64,000 nucleotides of DNA from Enterococcus cecorum (GTDB taxonomy: Bacteria > Bacillota > Bacilli > Lactobacillales > Enterococcaceae): NCBI RefSeq assembly GCF_052119425.1, contig NZ_JBQKFH010000011.1, forward strand, positions 3,155-67,154. The letters run 5' to 3'. Positions 39,493-48,902 of the stretch are shown here, in pieces (within the stretch, counting starts at the first letter, position 1; each line of letters starts with the position of its first letter). Both the position numbers and the translations under genes were made by a program. The notes beneath the pieces are model-generated. The model was not told the origin of the DNA and made no database searches. It was given only the letters and a program-made list of their open reading frames with translations.

Positions 39493-39912
39493 TTAACGCG
39501 GATAATTGACGACGAGCGCCCGACCTTCAGCATCAAATTCGACAATCAAGACCTTACTACCAGCCGGAATCTCAAGGTTTGCTTTGATATCTTTTGGACG
39601 GAATAATTTGGCAGGAAAAGTCGCACGTGCATGACCACTACCTGTTTCCATTACTTCCCCAATCGAATCCCCTTTAATCTTGACGGTCAATTCACCTAGC
39701 AAATAATCTTCCTTTGAGAGTGAATTGCTTTGATTGCGGTCGGTCCACTTATTATAAAGATACATAAACGGCGCAAAAATTAGACTAAAAATCAGGTAAA
39801 GTCCGATAAGCCCCAAACTAATGATACCTACCCACACCAGGGCTTGCATCAAATCTGGTAAGGTGGCTATTGACTGATTTAACCAATTGATTAGTGCTTG
39901 CATTTTGCTCAT
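39493..39912 (-). CDS. NfeD-family membrane protein (YuaF-like), partner of flotillin
   Basis: 139 aa; N-terminal TM helices plus a C-terminal OB-fold; operon arrangement as in B. subtilis yuaF-floT. Confidence 0.7.
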   Translation of the reverse strand: MSKMQALINWLNQSIATLPDLMQALVWVGIISLGLIGLYLIFSLIFAPFMYLYNKWTDRNQSNSLSKEDYLLGELTVKIKGDSIGEVMETGSGHARATFPAKLFRPKDIKANLEIPAGSKVLIVEFDAEGRALVVNYPR

Positions 39913-40143
39913 CCCTTTAAGTTCTATAGTTGTATAATAACACTATTTGATTTTCTATTCAAGCAAGTTAAAGTAAAATCCATCTTAAGTCCTAGATGTT
40001 AATCCTTATGATGCAAACAATTGAAAGAGATTTATCTACAATTCAAACAATTTATTCAGTCGTAGTAAAAAAACAAATATAGGTAAAAACGCACTTTTTC
40101 TTCCTATATGTATAGCACAAAAAAAGACCGCCAAGAAAGCGAT

Positions 40144-40977
40144 CTAATTTTGATAATCGATTTGAATCGCGATGCCGTCTGTATCTAGCAATTGAAGTTG
40201 GCGGGTGGTTTGATGCTTGATTTGAAACCCTAGCTTCGAGGCGCGACTGGCGATGGCTAAAAGTTCGGCTGCCTGGTCACTTACAAAACCGATTTTAGAA
40301 AGTCCGGCTTGCTTGTCTTGATGCACTGTATGACGTCGTTGCCACTGGTTAAAAGCTAAATGATGATGATAACTTCCGCTCGCAATCCAGGAAGCCTTGG
40401 CATATTGGTGCTTTTCTTGCATATCGAGTAACGCTTGATAACGTTTGGAACTAGCCAATGCATCGCCTACTGCTAAATGAACGTGCCCCATCTTAGTGCC
40501 TTGAGATAAGAAAAAGGGCTCAGGTGCTTGCGAAATCATATCATAAATCTCTTGAGCGGCTAATTCTTCAGTGACGCCAATGATCCGTCCATCGCTTCTG
40601 ACATCCCACTGATTTTGCGGTTTATCGCGATAAATTTCAATTCCATTACCTTCTAAATCATGAAAATACAAAGCTTCACTATAGCCATGGTCCGCCCCAC
40701 CTTCTAATGCCACCCCACATTGAATTAAATGATGCAAAACTTCAGAGAGTACAAGCCGTGTCGGTACCAAAATCGCCAAATGATAAAGTCCGGCTGTTTG
40801 CTTATCTTCCTTAGTGGCTTGTTGCAAGATCACTAATGGCCGCTGATCTGCCGGAATGCCTAATACGATTTGTTCTTTTGTTTTGGACAATACACTTAAC
40901 CCGACAACTTCTTGATAAAACTGCGATAGTCTTGGTAAGTCAAGTACATTGAGATAAACGGGACCTAATTGTAACAT
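40144..40977 (-). CDS. VOC-family protein (glyoxalase/extradiol dioxygenase fold, two tandem domains)
   Basis: 277 aa with two VOC modules; conserved metal-ligand His/Glu pattern. Confidence 0.6.
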   Translation of the reverse strand: MLQLGPVYLNVLDLPRLSQFYQEVVGLSVLSKTKEQIVLGIPADQRPLVILQQATKEDKQTAGLYHLAILVPTRLVLSEVLHHLIQCGVALEGGADHGYSEALYFHDLEGNGIEIYRDKPQNQWDVRSDGRIIGVTEELAAQEIYDMISQAPEPFFLSQGTKMGHVHLAVGDALASSKRYQALLDMQEKHQYAKASWIASGSYHHHLAFNQWQRRHTVHQDKQAGLSKIGFVSDQAAELLAIASRASKLGFQIKHQTTRQLQLLDTDGIAIQIDYQN

Positions 40978-41159
40978 ATATATTCCTTCTTTCTGCTCTT
41001 TACTATAGACCTAAAGCCAACAGATAGGAAGTAGGCACTTTTTTTACCGTAAGTTTCCCAAAAGATACCTTTGCGAAAACTCAGACTTGTGAAACTTCAC
41101 TTATTGAAACTTTATGACCTGTGCTATAATGAAATCAAAAAGAAGAAAGGGTGGCAGCA

Positions 41160-42262
41160 TGAACTATTTAATTGTCGGCGCGGGACTTTTCGGGGCAACG
41201 ATGGCACACAAACTCGCTAAAGCTGGACATCAAATCACCATCATCGAAAAACGCGACCATCTCGCCGGAAATATTTATACCAAAGAAGTAGCGGGTATCC
41301 AGGTCCATCAATACGGCGCGCACATTTTTCATACCTCGAATGAAGAAGTTTGGCAATTTGTGAATCAGTTTGCTGAATTTAACCATTTTATCAATTCGCC
41401 GTTTGCCTTCAGCCGTGGCGAACTCTACTCTCTGCCTTTTAATATGAGCACCTTTTATCAGCTTTGGAAATTAACCAAACCTAAAGAGGTTCAAGCAAAA
41501 ATCGATGAGCAGCGCCAAGTCCTTCATGGGAAAAAACCGGAAAACTTAGAAGAACAGGCGATTGATTTAGTAGGAACGGATATTTACGAAACGTTGATTA
41601 AGGAATATACCGAAAAACAATGGGGCCGTAAATGCAGTGAATTGCCGCCGTTTATCATCAAGCGTCTGCCAGTCAGATTGACTTTTAATAACAACTATTT
41701 CAATGATAAATATCAGGGAATCCCGATTGGTGGCTATACGAAAATGGTGGAGAAGATGCTCGATTTACCAAACATTACCGTGCATCTCAAGACAGATTTT
41801 TTTGCTAAGAAAGCGGACTATTTGAACAATTACGATAAAATTATTTTCACCGGAATGATTGATCAGTTTTTTGATTACAGGTACGGTCCTTTAGAGTATC
41901 GTTCTTTACGCTTTGAACATGAATTGCTAGATGAAGCCAATTATCAAGGTAATGCGGTCATTAATTATATTGATGCCAAATATCCTTTTACGCGCATCAT
42001 CGAACATAAGCATTTTGAATTTGGTCAACAGGAAAAAACGGTGATTACCAAAGAATATCCTGCGAATTGGCAAAAAGGCGACGAACCTTATTATCCCGTA
42101 CAAACACCGGAAAATGCCGCCTTATATCAAAAATATTGTCAGCTTGCTAAGGACTATCCGAATGTGATTTTTGGTGGGCGTTTGGGTATGTATCAGTACT
42201 TTGATATGCATAAAGTCATTGAAGCTGCCTTAAACGTAGCGAAACAAGAATTAGCTCAATAA
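41160..42262 (+). CDS. glf: UDP-galactopyranose mutase
   Basis: N-terminal FAD-binding YLIVGAGLFGA. Start re-called at MNYLIVGAG (41160), which has an AAAGGGTGG SD; the ORF-track start at 41114 lacks one. Confidence 0.85.
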
Positions 42263-42265
42263 ACC

Positions 42266-42304
42266 CTTCCCCGCACTTTGAATGAAAGTGGTGGGGATTT
42301 TTTA
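42266..42304 (+). terminator. glf terminator
   Basis: CCCCGCACTTT...AAAGTGGTGGGG followed by T5. Confidence 0.55.
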
Positions 42305-42415
42305 TGCACCAAAAACTTGCTCTGTACTGAAAATTTACCTCTACAGTTCTCCTTGTTTCTTGGCATCATTTTTGCTAGAATCTACTCATTCAATCATCTT
42401 GAAAAGAGGGGTATT

Positions 42416-43142
42416 TGTGCCAGTAGGAATTATCGTCAATAGTATTGCCATTTTTCTAGGAGGAATTTGTGGCGGATTATTAGAAGAACGGCTATCAGAT
42501 CGTTTCAAACAAGAAATCACCCTTATCTTTGGATTATGTTCGATGGGAATGGGTGTCAGTAGTATTGTCTTAATGAAAAACATGCCCGCTGTGGTATTTG
42601 CGGTCATTATTGGGACTGCTGTTGGATTAGCCTTTCATGTAGAGCAACGATTACGAGGCGCAGCAAGTGTGATGCAAAAGCCAATCAGTAAACTAGTCGG
42701 TGAGCAAACCCATATGAGTCAAGAAGCTTTTCAAATTCAACTCGTTACCATCATCGTGTTGTTTTGTGCTTCAGGTACTGGGATTTATGGAAGTTTGGAT
42801 GCAGGGATGACTGGCGACCACACCATATTGATTGCTAAGTCGATTTTGGATTTCTTTACCGCGGCGATTTTTGCTTGTAATCTTGGCTATGTAGTATCCG
42901 TGATTGCTTTGCCACAATTTGTCATTTTCTTTTTATTATTCCTTGGTGCAAAGCTGATTTTTCCACTAACCAACCCAACAATGATCGCGGATTTCAAAGC
43001 AGTGGGTGGCTTTTTAATGTTAGCTACCGGATTTCGCATGGTCAATATCAAACAATTCCCAACCGCTGATATGATTCCGGCGATGGTGTTCGCGATGCCT
43101 TTTAGTTATCTCTGGACAGCAATCATTATGCCGATGCTATAA
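42416..43142 (+). CDS. DUF554 (YqgA-like) membrane protein
   Basis: Probable GTG start at 42416 with an AGAGGGG SD, giving (M)PVGIIVNSIAIFLGGICGG. The ORF-track start at 42282 has no SD. Confidence 0.55.
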
Positions 43143-43150
43143 TTTAATCA

Positions 43151-43187
43151 AAAAGTCACTCAGTTTGTGGGCTGAGCGACTTTTTTT
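43151..43187. terminator. Bidirectional terminator (DUF554 gene / UDG-family gene)
   Basis: A4-GTCACTCAG...CTGAGCGAC-T7. Confidence 0.6.
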
Positions 43188-43764
43188 ATTTCAAAATATT
43201 TTCGACTTGTTTTTTTAAGCAAGGCAGCACTTCTTGATCAAACCAGGGATGTTTTTTCTGCCAAATTTGATTTCTTGGTGAAGGATGGATCAATGGAAAA
43301 TACGTAGGCAAATAACGCTGATAGTCTTGCACCACTTGTGTTAAGGGAGTGCTTTTTTTGATGCCTAGATATCTTTCCATCGCATAATGTCCGATTAAAA
43401 GGGTTAGTTGAATATCCGGCATTTGTTCTAATAGCAGAGGATGCCATTTTTGCGCAAAACCTTTTCTAGGTGGAAGGTCCCCTGATTTACCAGCTCCTGG
43501 AAAGTAAAAGTCCATTGGCAAAATCGCAATTTGACCACTTTCATAAAACAGCTCCTCATCTACCCCTAGCCATGCTCTTAAGCGATTCCCACTCGCATCC
43601 GCAAATAATTTTTGACGATCTTGGGCTTTTTGACCAGGTGCCTGTCCTATAATAAGCACTTTAGCTGTAGGGCTCACCTGATATAATGGCGCTATTTGCT
43701 GTTGTGTATAAATTTGATTGGCTTCATCTTGCATGATTGATTGTTTAATTGTTTGCATCGACAT
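43186..43764 (-). CDS. Uracil-DNA glycosylase superfamily protein (family 4/5-like)
   Basis: GQAPG and HPSPRN motifs of UDG-superfamily members. Confidence 0.6.
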   Translation of the reverse strand: MSMQTIKQSIMQDEANQIYTQQQIAPLYQVSPTAKVLIIGQAPGQKAQDRQKLFADASGNRLRAWLGVDEELFYESGQIAILPMDFYFPGAGKSGDLPPRKGFAQKWHPLLLEQMPDIQLTLLIGHYAMERYLGIKKSTPLTQVVQDYQRYLPTYFPLIHPSPRNQIWQKKHPWFDQEVLPCLKKQVENILK

Positions 43765-44001
43765 TCCTCTTTTAAACTAATTTTTTTCGTATAAAGCTCT
43801 ATTTAATAATTTTTATTATGCAAAAGATGAAAATAAACAGGTTTCAAAAAGACAATCCACTTATTTTCTTAATAGTTTTCAAAACTATTGTAACATGAAT
43901 TCTTTCAGCGTAGAATTATTCTGTTTTTAACAGTTTATAAAGGCCGGATAGCAATGGAAATGCAAGTATTCTTCCTAATTTTAGGTATCCGTGAATAAAA
44001 A

Positions 44002-45993
44002 ATGAAAGCACAACACATACGACCTACTACCAGTACAACAGCAGGTATTCTATTAGCCTTAGGGATTGTTTATGGAGACATTGGTACTAGTCCACTTTAT
44101 GTAATGAAAGAAATTATCCATGGCAATCAAGGAATTATTAGTCGTCCATTTATCTTTGGCGTTATTTCACTTATTTTTTGGACGGTTACTTTGCTTACCA
44201 CTGTCAAATATGTATTTCTCGCTTTAAAAGCAGACAATCATGGTGAAGGTGGCATCTTTTCTTTATACACACTCTTACGCAAGCAAAAAAAATGGTTAAT
44301 CGTCCCGGCTATGATTGGTGGTGCCGCTATTTTAGCAGACGGGATACTAACTCCTGCAGTAACCGTTACTTCAGCCGTTGAAGGGTTAAAAGGACTCCCT
44401 ATGCTGAGCTCATTTTTTGACCTTCATCAGCAAGGAATTTTATTGATTACACTAGGTATTTTAATGTTTTTATTTTTCATTCAACAATTTGGAACAGACA
44501 TTGTAGGTAAAGCCTTTGGTCCAGTTATGTTATTATGGTTTAGTTTTCTAGGCATATGTGGTTTATTACAAATCAGCCATGATGTTAGTATCTTAACCGC
44601 CATTCATCCTAAATATGCCTGGGATTTACTATTCTATCGTCCGGAAAATCATCTGGGTATTTTTATTTTAGGAAGTGTTTTTCTGGCAACGACGGGTGCA
44701 GAAGCTTTATACTCTGATATGGGACATGTTGGTAAAAATAATATTCGGCTAAGTTGGCCTTTTGTTTTCATCTGTTTGCAATTGAACTACATGGGACAAG
44801 CAAATTGGATCTTACAACATGCGCAACATTTACAGATGGAAAATCCCTTTTTTGCTATGGTACCTGAACACGCACGCTTAATAGCGATTATTTTAGCAAC
44901 CCTAGCTGCCATCATTGCTTCACAAGCATTAATTACTGGTTCATTTACTTTAGTTTCTGAAGCAATTAAATTAAAATTACTACCTAAATTACAAATTCGT
45001 TATCCTGGAAAAAGTATTGGGCAAATGTATATTCCTACAGTAAATTGGTTGTTATTAATTGGCTGCAGTGGCATTGTTTTAGGATTTCAAACATCTAGTC
45101 GCATGGAAGCAGCTTATGGATTAGCCATTACGGTAACAATGTTGATGACTACTATTTTGCTTTACCAATTTTTACTAGTTAAGCACGTGTATAAAGTATT
45201 TGCATTCATCGTATTTTTATTTTTCACTAGTATTGAAAGTATTTTCTTACTGGCCAGTCTCGTAAAATTTATTCATGGTGGCTTTGTTGCTGTCTTATTG
45301 GCATTATTTATTTTAAGCATCATGTATATCTGGTATCAAAGTAATGAAATTCAAGAACAAAATATTCGTGCAGTCAACCTAAAAGACTATTTACCTCAAC
45401 TTAAGCAATTAACTACAGATGAGTCTATTCCGACTTATCAAACCAATCTGGTCTTTTTGGTTCCTCAACTGCAAGGTGAAAAAATTGCACAACAATATCT
45501 TTACTCTATTCTTGATAAAAAAGTCAAGCGAGCAAAAGTTTATTGGTTCGTCAGTGTTGTCGTTACTGATGAGCCGTATACAAAAAAATATGCTATTGAT
45601 ATGATGGGAACTAATTTTGTAGTCAAAGTACAGCTATTTTTAGGGTTCCGCGTGGCTCAGGAAGTCAATATTTACTTACGCCAAATTATCCAAGAGCTAA
45701 TGGATCAAAAACGATTACCAGAGCAACCACAAAAATACTCACTCACTCCTGGAAGAAAAGTGGGTGACTTCCGCTTTGTACTCATTCGCGAGGAATTATC
45801 TAATTTGACCACCTTATCACGTTGGCAAAGACAAATCATGCAAACAAGGCTTTTAATCAAAAAGTTTACCGTCGCACCAGAAAAATGGTTTGGTTTACAG
45901 TATAGCGATGTGGTTCATGAAACAATTCCATTAAATGTAGGTAAAAAAAGAAAAATTTATCTAGAAGAATGTTTATTTGCTAAAAAAGGATAA
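44002..45993 (+). CDS. kup: KUP/HAK/KT-family potassium transporter
   Basis: 663 aa, 12 TM segments plus a cytoplasmic C-terminal domain; GDIGTSPLY signature. Confidence 0.9.
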   Translation: MKAQHIRPTTSTTAGILLALGIVYGDIGTSPLYVMKEIIHGNQGIISRPFIFGVISLIFWTVTLLTTVKYVFLALKADNHGEGGIFSLYTLLRKQKKWLIVPAMIGGAAILADGILTPAVTVTSAVEGLKGLPMLSSFFDLHQQGILLITLGILMFLFFIQQFGTDIVGKAFGPVMLLWFSFLGICGLLQISHDVSILTAIHPKYAWDLLFYRPENHLGIFILGSVFLATTGAEALYSDMGHVGKNNIRLSWPFVFICLQLNYMGQANWILQHAQHLQMENPFFAMVPEHARLIAIILATLAAIIASQALITGSFTLVSEAIKLKLLPKLQIRYPGKSIGQMYIPTVNWLLLIGCSGIVLGFQTSSRMEAAYGLAITVTMLMTTILLYQFLLVKHVYKVFAFIVFLFFTSIESIFLLASLVKFIHGGFVAVLLALFILSIMYIWYQSNEIQEQNIRAVNLKDYLPQLKQLTTDESIPTYQTNLVFLVPQLQGEKIAQQYLYSILDKKVKRAKVYWFVSVVVTDEPYTKKYAIDMMGTNFVVKVQLFLGFRVAQEVNIYLRQIIQELMDQKRLPEQPQKYSLTPGRKVGDFRFVLIREELSNLTTLSRWQRQIMQTRLLIKKFTVAPEKWFGLQYSDVVHETIPLNVGKKRKIYLEECLFAKKG

Positions 45994-46005
45994 TTCGCTA
46001 TTTCT

Positions 46006-46048
46006 CACCCTAGCAAGGAGCAAAATTTTCTTGCTAGGGTGCTTTTTT
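46006..46048. terminator. Bidirectional terminator (kup / phosphatase gene)
   Basis: Perfect 12-bp stem CACCCTAGCAAG/CTTGCTAGGGTG followed by T6. Confidence 0.65.
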
Positions 46049-46649
46049 ATTTACCCGTGATTGCCCATTGAATCAGTTGTGCCTGTGATGTGTGTAACTG
46101 ATAATCTACAATCGTCACACTCGCATTAGGTAGTAAACCATCTTTACGAAAATCAGCGATACCATTCCCTAATAAACATTGAATTAACAACGTCAAATGA
46201 ACACCATGACCGGCTATTAGCACATGACCATCTGGAAAACGTCTTGCTAACTCATCAACAACAGCCTTACCACGAGCGAAAACTTCTTCATAAGATTCCA
46301 TCTGATAGTCTGCAGTCGGAAAAGCTTCCGGATGATCACGATAAAGTTGGCGGGTTTCTTGTGGGACTTCTTCAAACAAGATTCCTTCCCAATCGCCAAA
46401 ATAAAACTCACGCAAACGTTCATCGACCACATATTGCTGCGGATTGACGGCTAATTGTAAAGTCGTTTGCGCACGAAATTGAGGCGATACATAAATAGCC
46501 GCAAAATCTATCCCTTCAAAAAAAGGACGTAATCTTTTGGTTTGTTCGATGCCTTCTGGTGTTAACGGCGAATCCACACGCCCCCCATTAAAGCGCCGTT
46601 GTTCATTAATTTCAGTAATACCATGTCGTAAAAAATAAAATCTTGTCAT
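46047..46649 (-). CDS. Histidine phosphatase family protein (phosphoglycerate mutase-like)
   Basis: RHG catalytic motif at the N-terminus (FLRHGIT); 200 aa. Confidence 0.75.
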   Translation of the reverse strand: MTRFYFLRHGITEINEQRRFNGGRVDSPLTPEGIEQTKRLRPFFEGIDFAAIYVSPQFRAQTTLQLAVNPQQYVVDERLREFYFGDWEGILFEEVPQETRQLYRDHPEAFPTADYQMESYEEVFARGKAVVDELARRFPDGHVLIAGHGVHLTLLIQCLLGNGIADFRKDGLLPNASVTIVDYQLHTSQAQLIQWAITGK

Positions 46650-46831
46650 ACTTACACTCTTTTCTTCGCTGTTTTTCTTTTATGATACAAGAGTTTGCTT
46701 TTATTGACCAGTCTTTGCTCCTTTTGAATTGATGTATCGATAAAGTTCGATAGAGAATCTACCTGCTTTGCCTGGTGCTGAAAGTATTCGTTCGATACAC
46801 ATCGGACGTTTTGATATGTATCGTAAATAAT

Positions 46832-46876
46832 AAAAAATGCCGTTCTCACGTGATTGCGAGAATGGCATTTTATTTT
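46832..46876 (-). terminator. dtpT terminator
   Basis: ATGCCGTTCTC...GAGAATGGCAT with a U-run on the minus strand. Confidence 0.55.
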
Positions 46877-48339
46877 TAATGAATATTTCCCATTAATTTT
46901 TGGATAGGTTTGCGATTGAAGTACAGGATAATTCCGGCAATCACCGCAACCGCACCGACAATCCCGTAATAAGCGGACTCGGTTTGCGGGGTATAAAAGC
47001 GAGCAATTTGCGCATTGATGACTTGTGAAGATGCATCAGCCAATAACCAAATCGCTAAAGTTTGCGCTTCAAAGGCTTTTGGTGCTAATTTAGTCGTTAC
47101 GGATAAACCAACTGGAGATAGACACATTTCCCCCGCAATCATAATGAAGAAGCTACCGATTAACCATAATGGACTGACGCGACCTTCTACGCCATAAAGC
47201 ATCCCTGGTAACATTAATAGCACAAAAGAAAGACCGGCTAAGACTAAACCAATTGAGAATTTCACAACGGTTGATGGTTGTTTCTTGCCCATTTTAGACC
47301 ATAACCACACAAAGAACGGTGTCATTAACACAACGAATAATGGGTTGAGCGTTTGATACCAACTAGCTGGAATGGTAAAGCCAAAGAAAGTTGCTTGGGT
47401 TCTTTCACTAGCAAATAAAGCTAAAATGGATGAGCCTTGTTCTTCTAAGGACCAGAAAATAATCGCCGCAAGAAATAGTGGGATATAAGCACGTACCTTT
47501 GATTTTTCCTCGGCAGTCACTTCATCAGAAACTAACATACGAGTAAAGTAGATAATCGGAATCGCAATCCCCACCACGCTGACAAAGTTCACAAAGAAAT
47601 CAATCGTTAGCACCCCTAAAGCATAGGCACCGACAAAAATAACTAAGACGGCTACAATTAATAGCGCAATGGTACGAAATACTTTTTGACGCTCGGTACC
47701 TTCAATTGGATTCGTTGGCTGAGTCGCAATGCCGTTTAATGTAGATTTGCCTTGGAAGTAGTAAACTAAAAGTCCGATAAACATCCCTACCGCAGCAATC
47801 CCAAAGCCTAGATGATAGCTGTAGCCTTGACCGACTGTTCCGACAATAATCGGGGCAAGTAGCGAACCGATATTAATGCCCATATAAAAAATCGAAAAAC
47901 CTGCATCGCGGCGTAAATCTTCTTTAGAGTATAGATGACCTACCATACCTGAAACATTGGCCTTAAGCATCCCGGTACCGATGACGATTAAAATCATTGA
48001 AACGAAAAGGCCAATCACAGCTAATGGTAAAGCCAAGACGATATGACCAAACATGATAAATACGCCACCGTAAAAGACGGTCTTATGCGAACCAAATAGT
48101 CGGTCTGATAACCAACCACCTAAAATACTAGACATATACACTAACGCACCGTAAACCGACATAATGGCTACGGCTGTTGATTTTGGTAATCCTAGACCGC
48201 CATTCGTGACTTGATCATACATGAAATACAGTAAAATCGCACGCATCCCATAATATGAAAATCGTTCCCACATCTCCGTGAAGAACAAGGTGGCGAGTCC
48301 TCTAGGTTGACCTAAAAAAGTTTTTTCTTCGTTTTGCAT
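46876..48339 (-). CDS. dtpT: POT/PTR2-family di-/tripeptide:proton symporter
   Basis: PTR2 signatures GGLGLPKSTA and FSYYGMRAIL. Start re-called at MQNEEK (48339), which has a TAGGAGG SD. Confidence 0.85.
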   Translation of the reverse strand: MQNEEKTFLGQPRGLATLFFTEMWERFSYYGMRAILLYFMYDQVTNGGLGLPKSTAVAIMSVYGALVYMSSILGGWLSDRLFGSHKTVFYGGVFIMFGHIVLALPLAVIGLFVSMILIVIGTGMLKANVSGMVGHLYSKEDLRRDAGFSIFYMGINIGSLLAPIIVGTVGQGYSYHLGFGIAAVGMFIGLLVYYFQGKSTLNGIATQPTNPIEGTERQKVFRTIALLIVAVLVIFVGAYALGVLTIDFFVNFVSVVGIAIPIIYFTRMLVSDEVTAEEKSKVRAYIPLFLAAIIFWSLEEQGSSILALFASERTQATFFGFTIPASWYQTLNPLFVVLMTPFFVWLWSKMGKKQPSTVVKFSIGLVLAGLSFVLLMLPGMLYGVEGRVSPLWLIGSFFIMIAGEMCLSPVGLSVTTKLAPKAFEAQTLAIWLLADASSQVINAQIARFYTPQTESAYYGIVGAVAVIAGIILYFNRKPIQKLMGNIH

Positions 48340-48769
48340 CGAAGACCTCCTATACAATAATTATGTACTGACTGTTTAGATTCAGCCAAATAAAAAAAGA
48401 CAATAAATATTTTACCCCTAATTATAGTGTTATGTAATAAAAAAGAGAATATCTTAATTTATCACAACTTGCATCTCGAAAAATTTCTATTAATTTTATT
48501 GTATAGACATTTTTATATGAAAGAAAATTATTTTTTATCATAATTTATTCATTTTTATTCGAGATATTTTTAATAATTAATATCCTATACCAAATATTAG
48601 TTATTTATTACACTTGTTTTCTTAATAGTCTGACAATTGAAAGCCTTTCGAATATACAAAACATCTGAAATTTTATAAATCGTTGCAACTATTCATCCAA
48701 CGTAAATTTTTCGTTGCATAATCGTTGGATAAAAATAGTGGGAATTGACCGAAAATCCTTATACGACGC

Positions 48770-48807
48770 AAAAAAATCGTTGCACCCGAAAATGCAACGA
48801 TTTTTTA
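48770..48807. terminator. Terminator downstream of the cyd operon
   Basis: A7-ATCGTTGCA-cccgaaaa-TGCAACGAT-T6. Confidence 0.6.
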
Positions 48808-48832
48808 TGATTATTATGAAACGAGCTTTTTT

Positions 48833-48902
48833 ACCATCCGATTTTCTCAGCGGTAGGTAAACACACGAATTTCTTCATGTCTAAACGAGCTGGTTCACAA
48901 CC
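48833..48902. repeat. Partial EFAR-like repeat, copy D, overlapping the 3' end of the cydC/cydD-type ABC gene
   Basis: catccgattttctcagcggtaggtaaacacacgaatttcttcatgtctaaacgagctggttcacaacc is about 80% identical to the tail of copy A (7306-7366). Confidence 0.55.

Noticed and set aside
41080-41100. Perfect inverted repeat GTGAA-ac-TTCAC upstream of glf, considered as a Rex, cre or CRP-family site
   Set aside because: The spacing (2-4 nt) does not fit Rex (4 nt between 7-mers), cre or CRP/FNR (6 nt) consensus. Left unassigned.
43765-44001. Possible c-di-AMP (ydaO/kimA) riboswitch upstream of kup
   Set aside because: The region is AT-rich and lacks the conserved GC-rich helices and ACGGGG/CCCG-type cores of that riboswitch.
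46652-46849. 65-aa ORF immediately upstream of the histidine phosphatase gene
   Set aside because: Its start lies inside the dtpT terminator hairpin. It has no SD, and its composition is AT-rich-intergenic-like. It is more likely promoter or leader DNA of the phosphatase gene; the palindromic GATGTATCG/CGATACA motifs at 46733-46822 may be regulatory.
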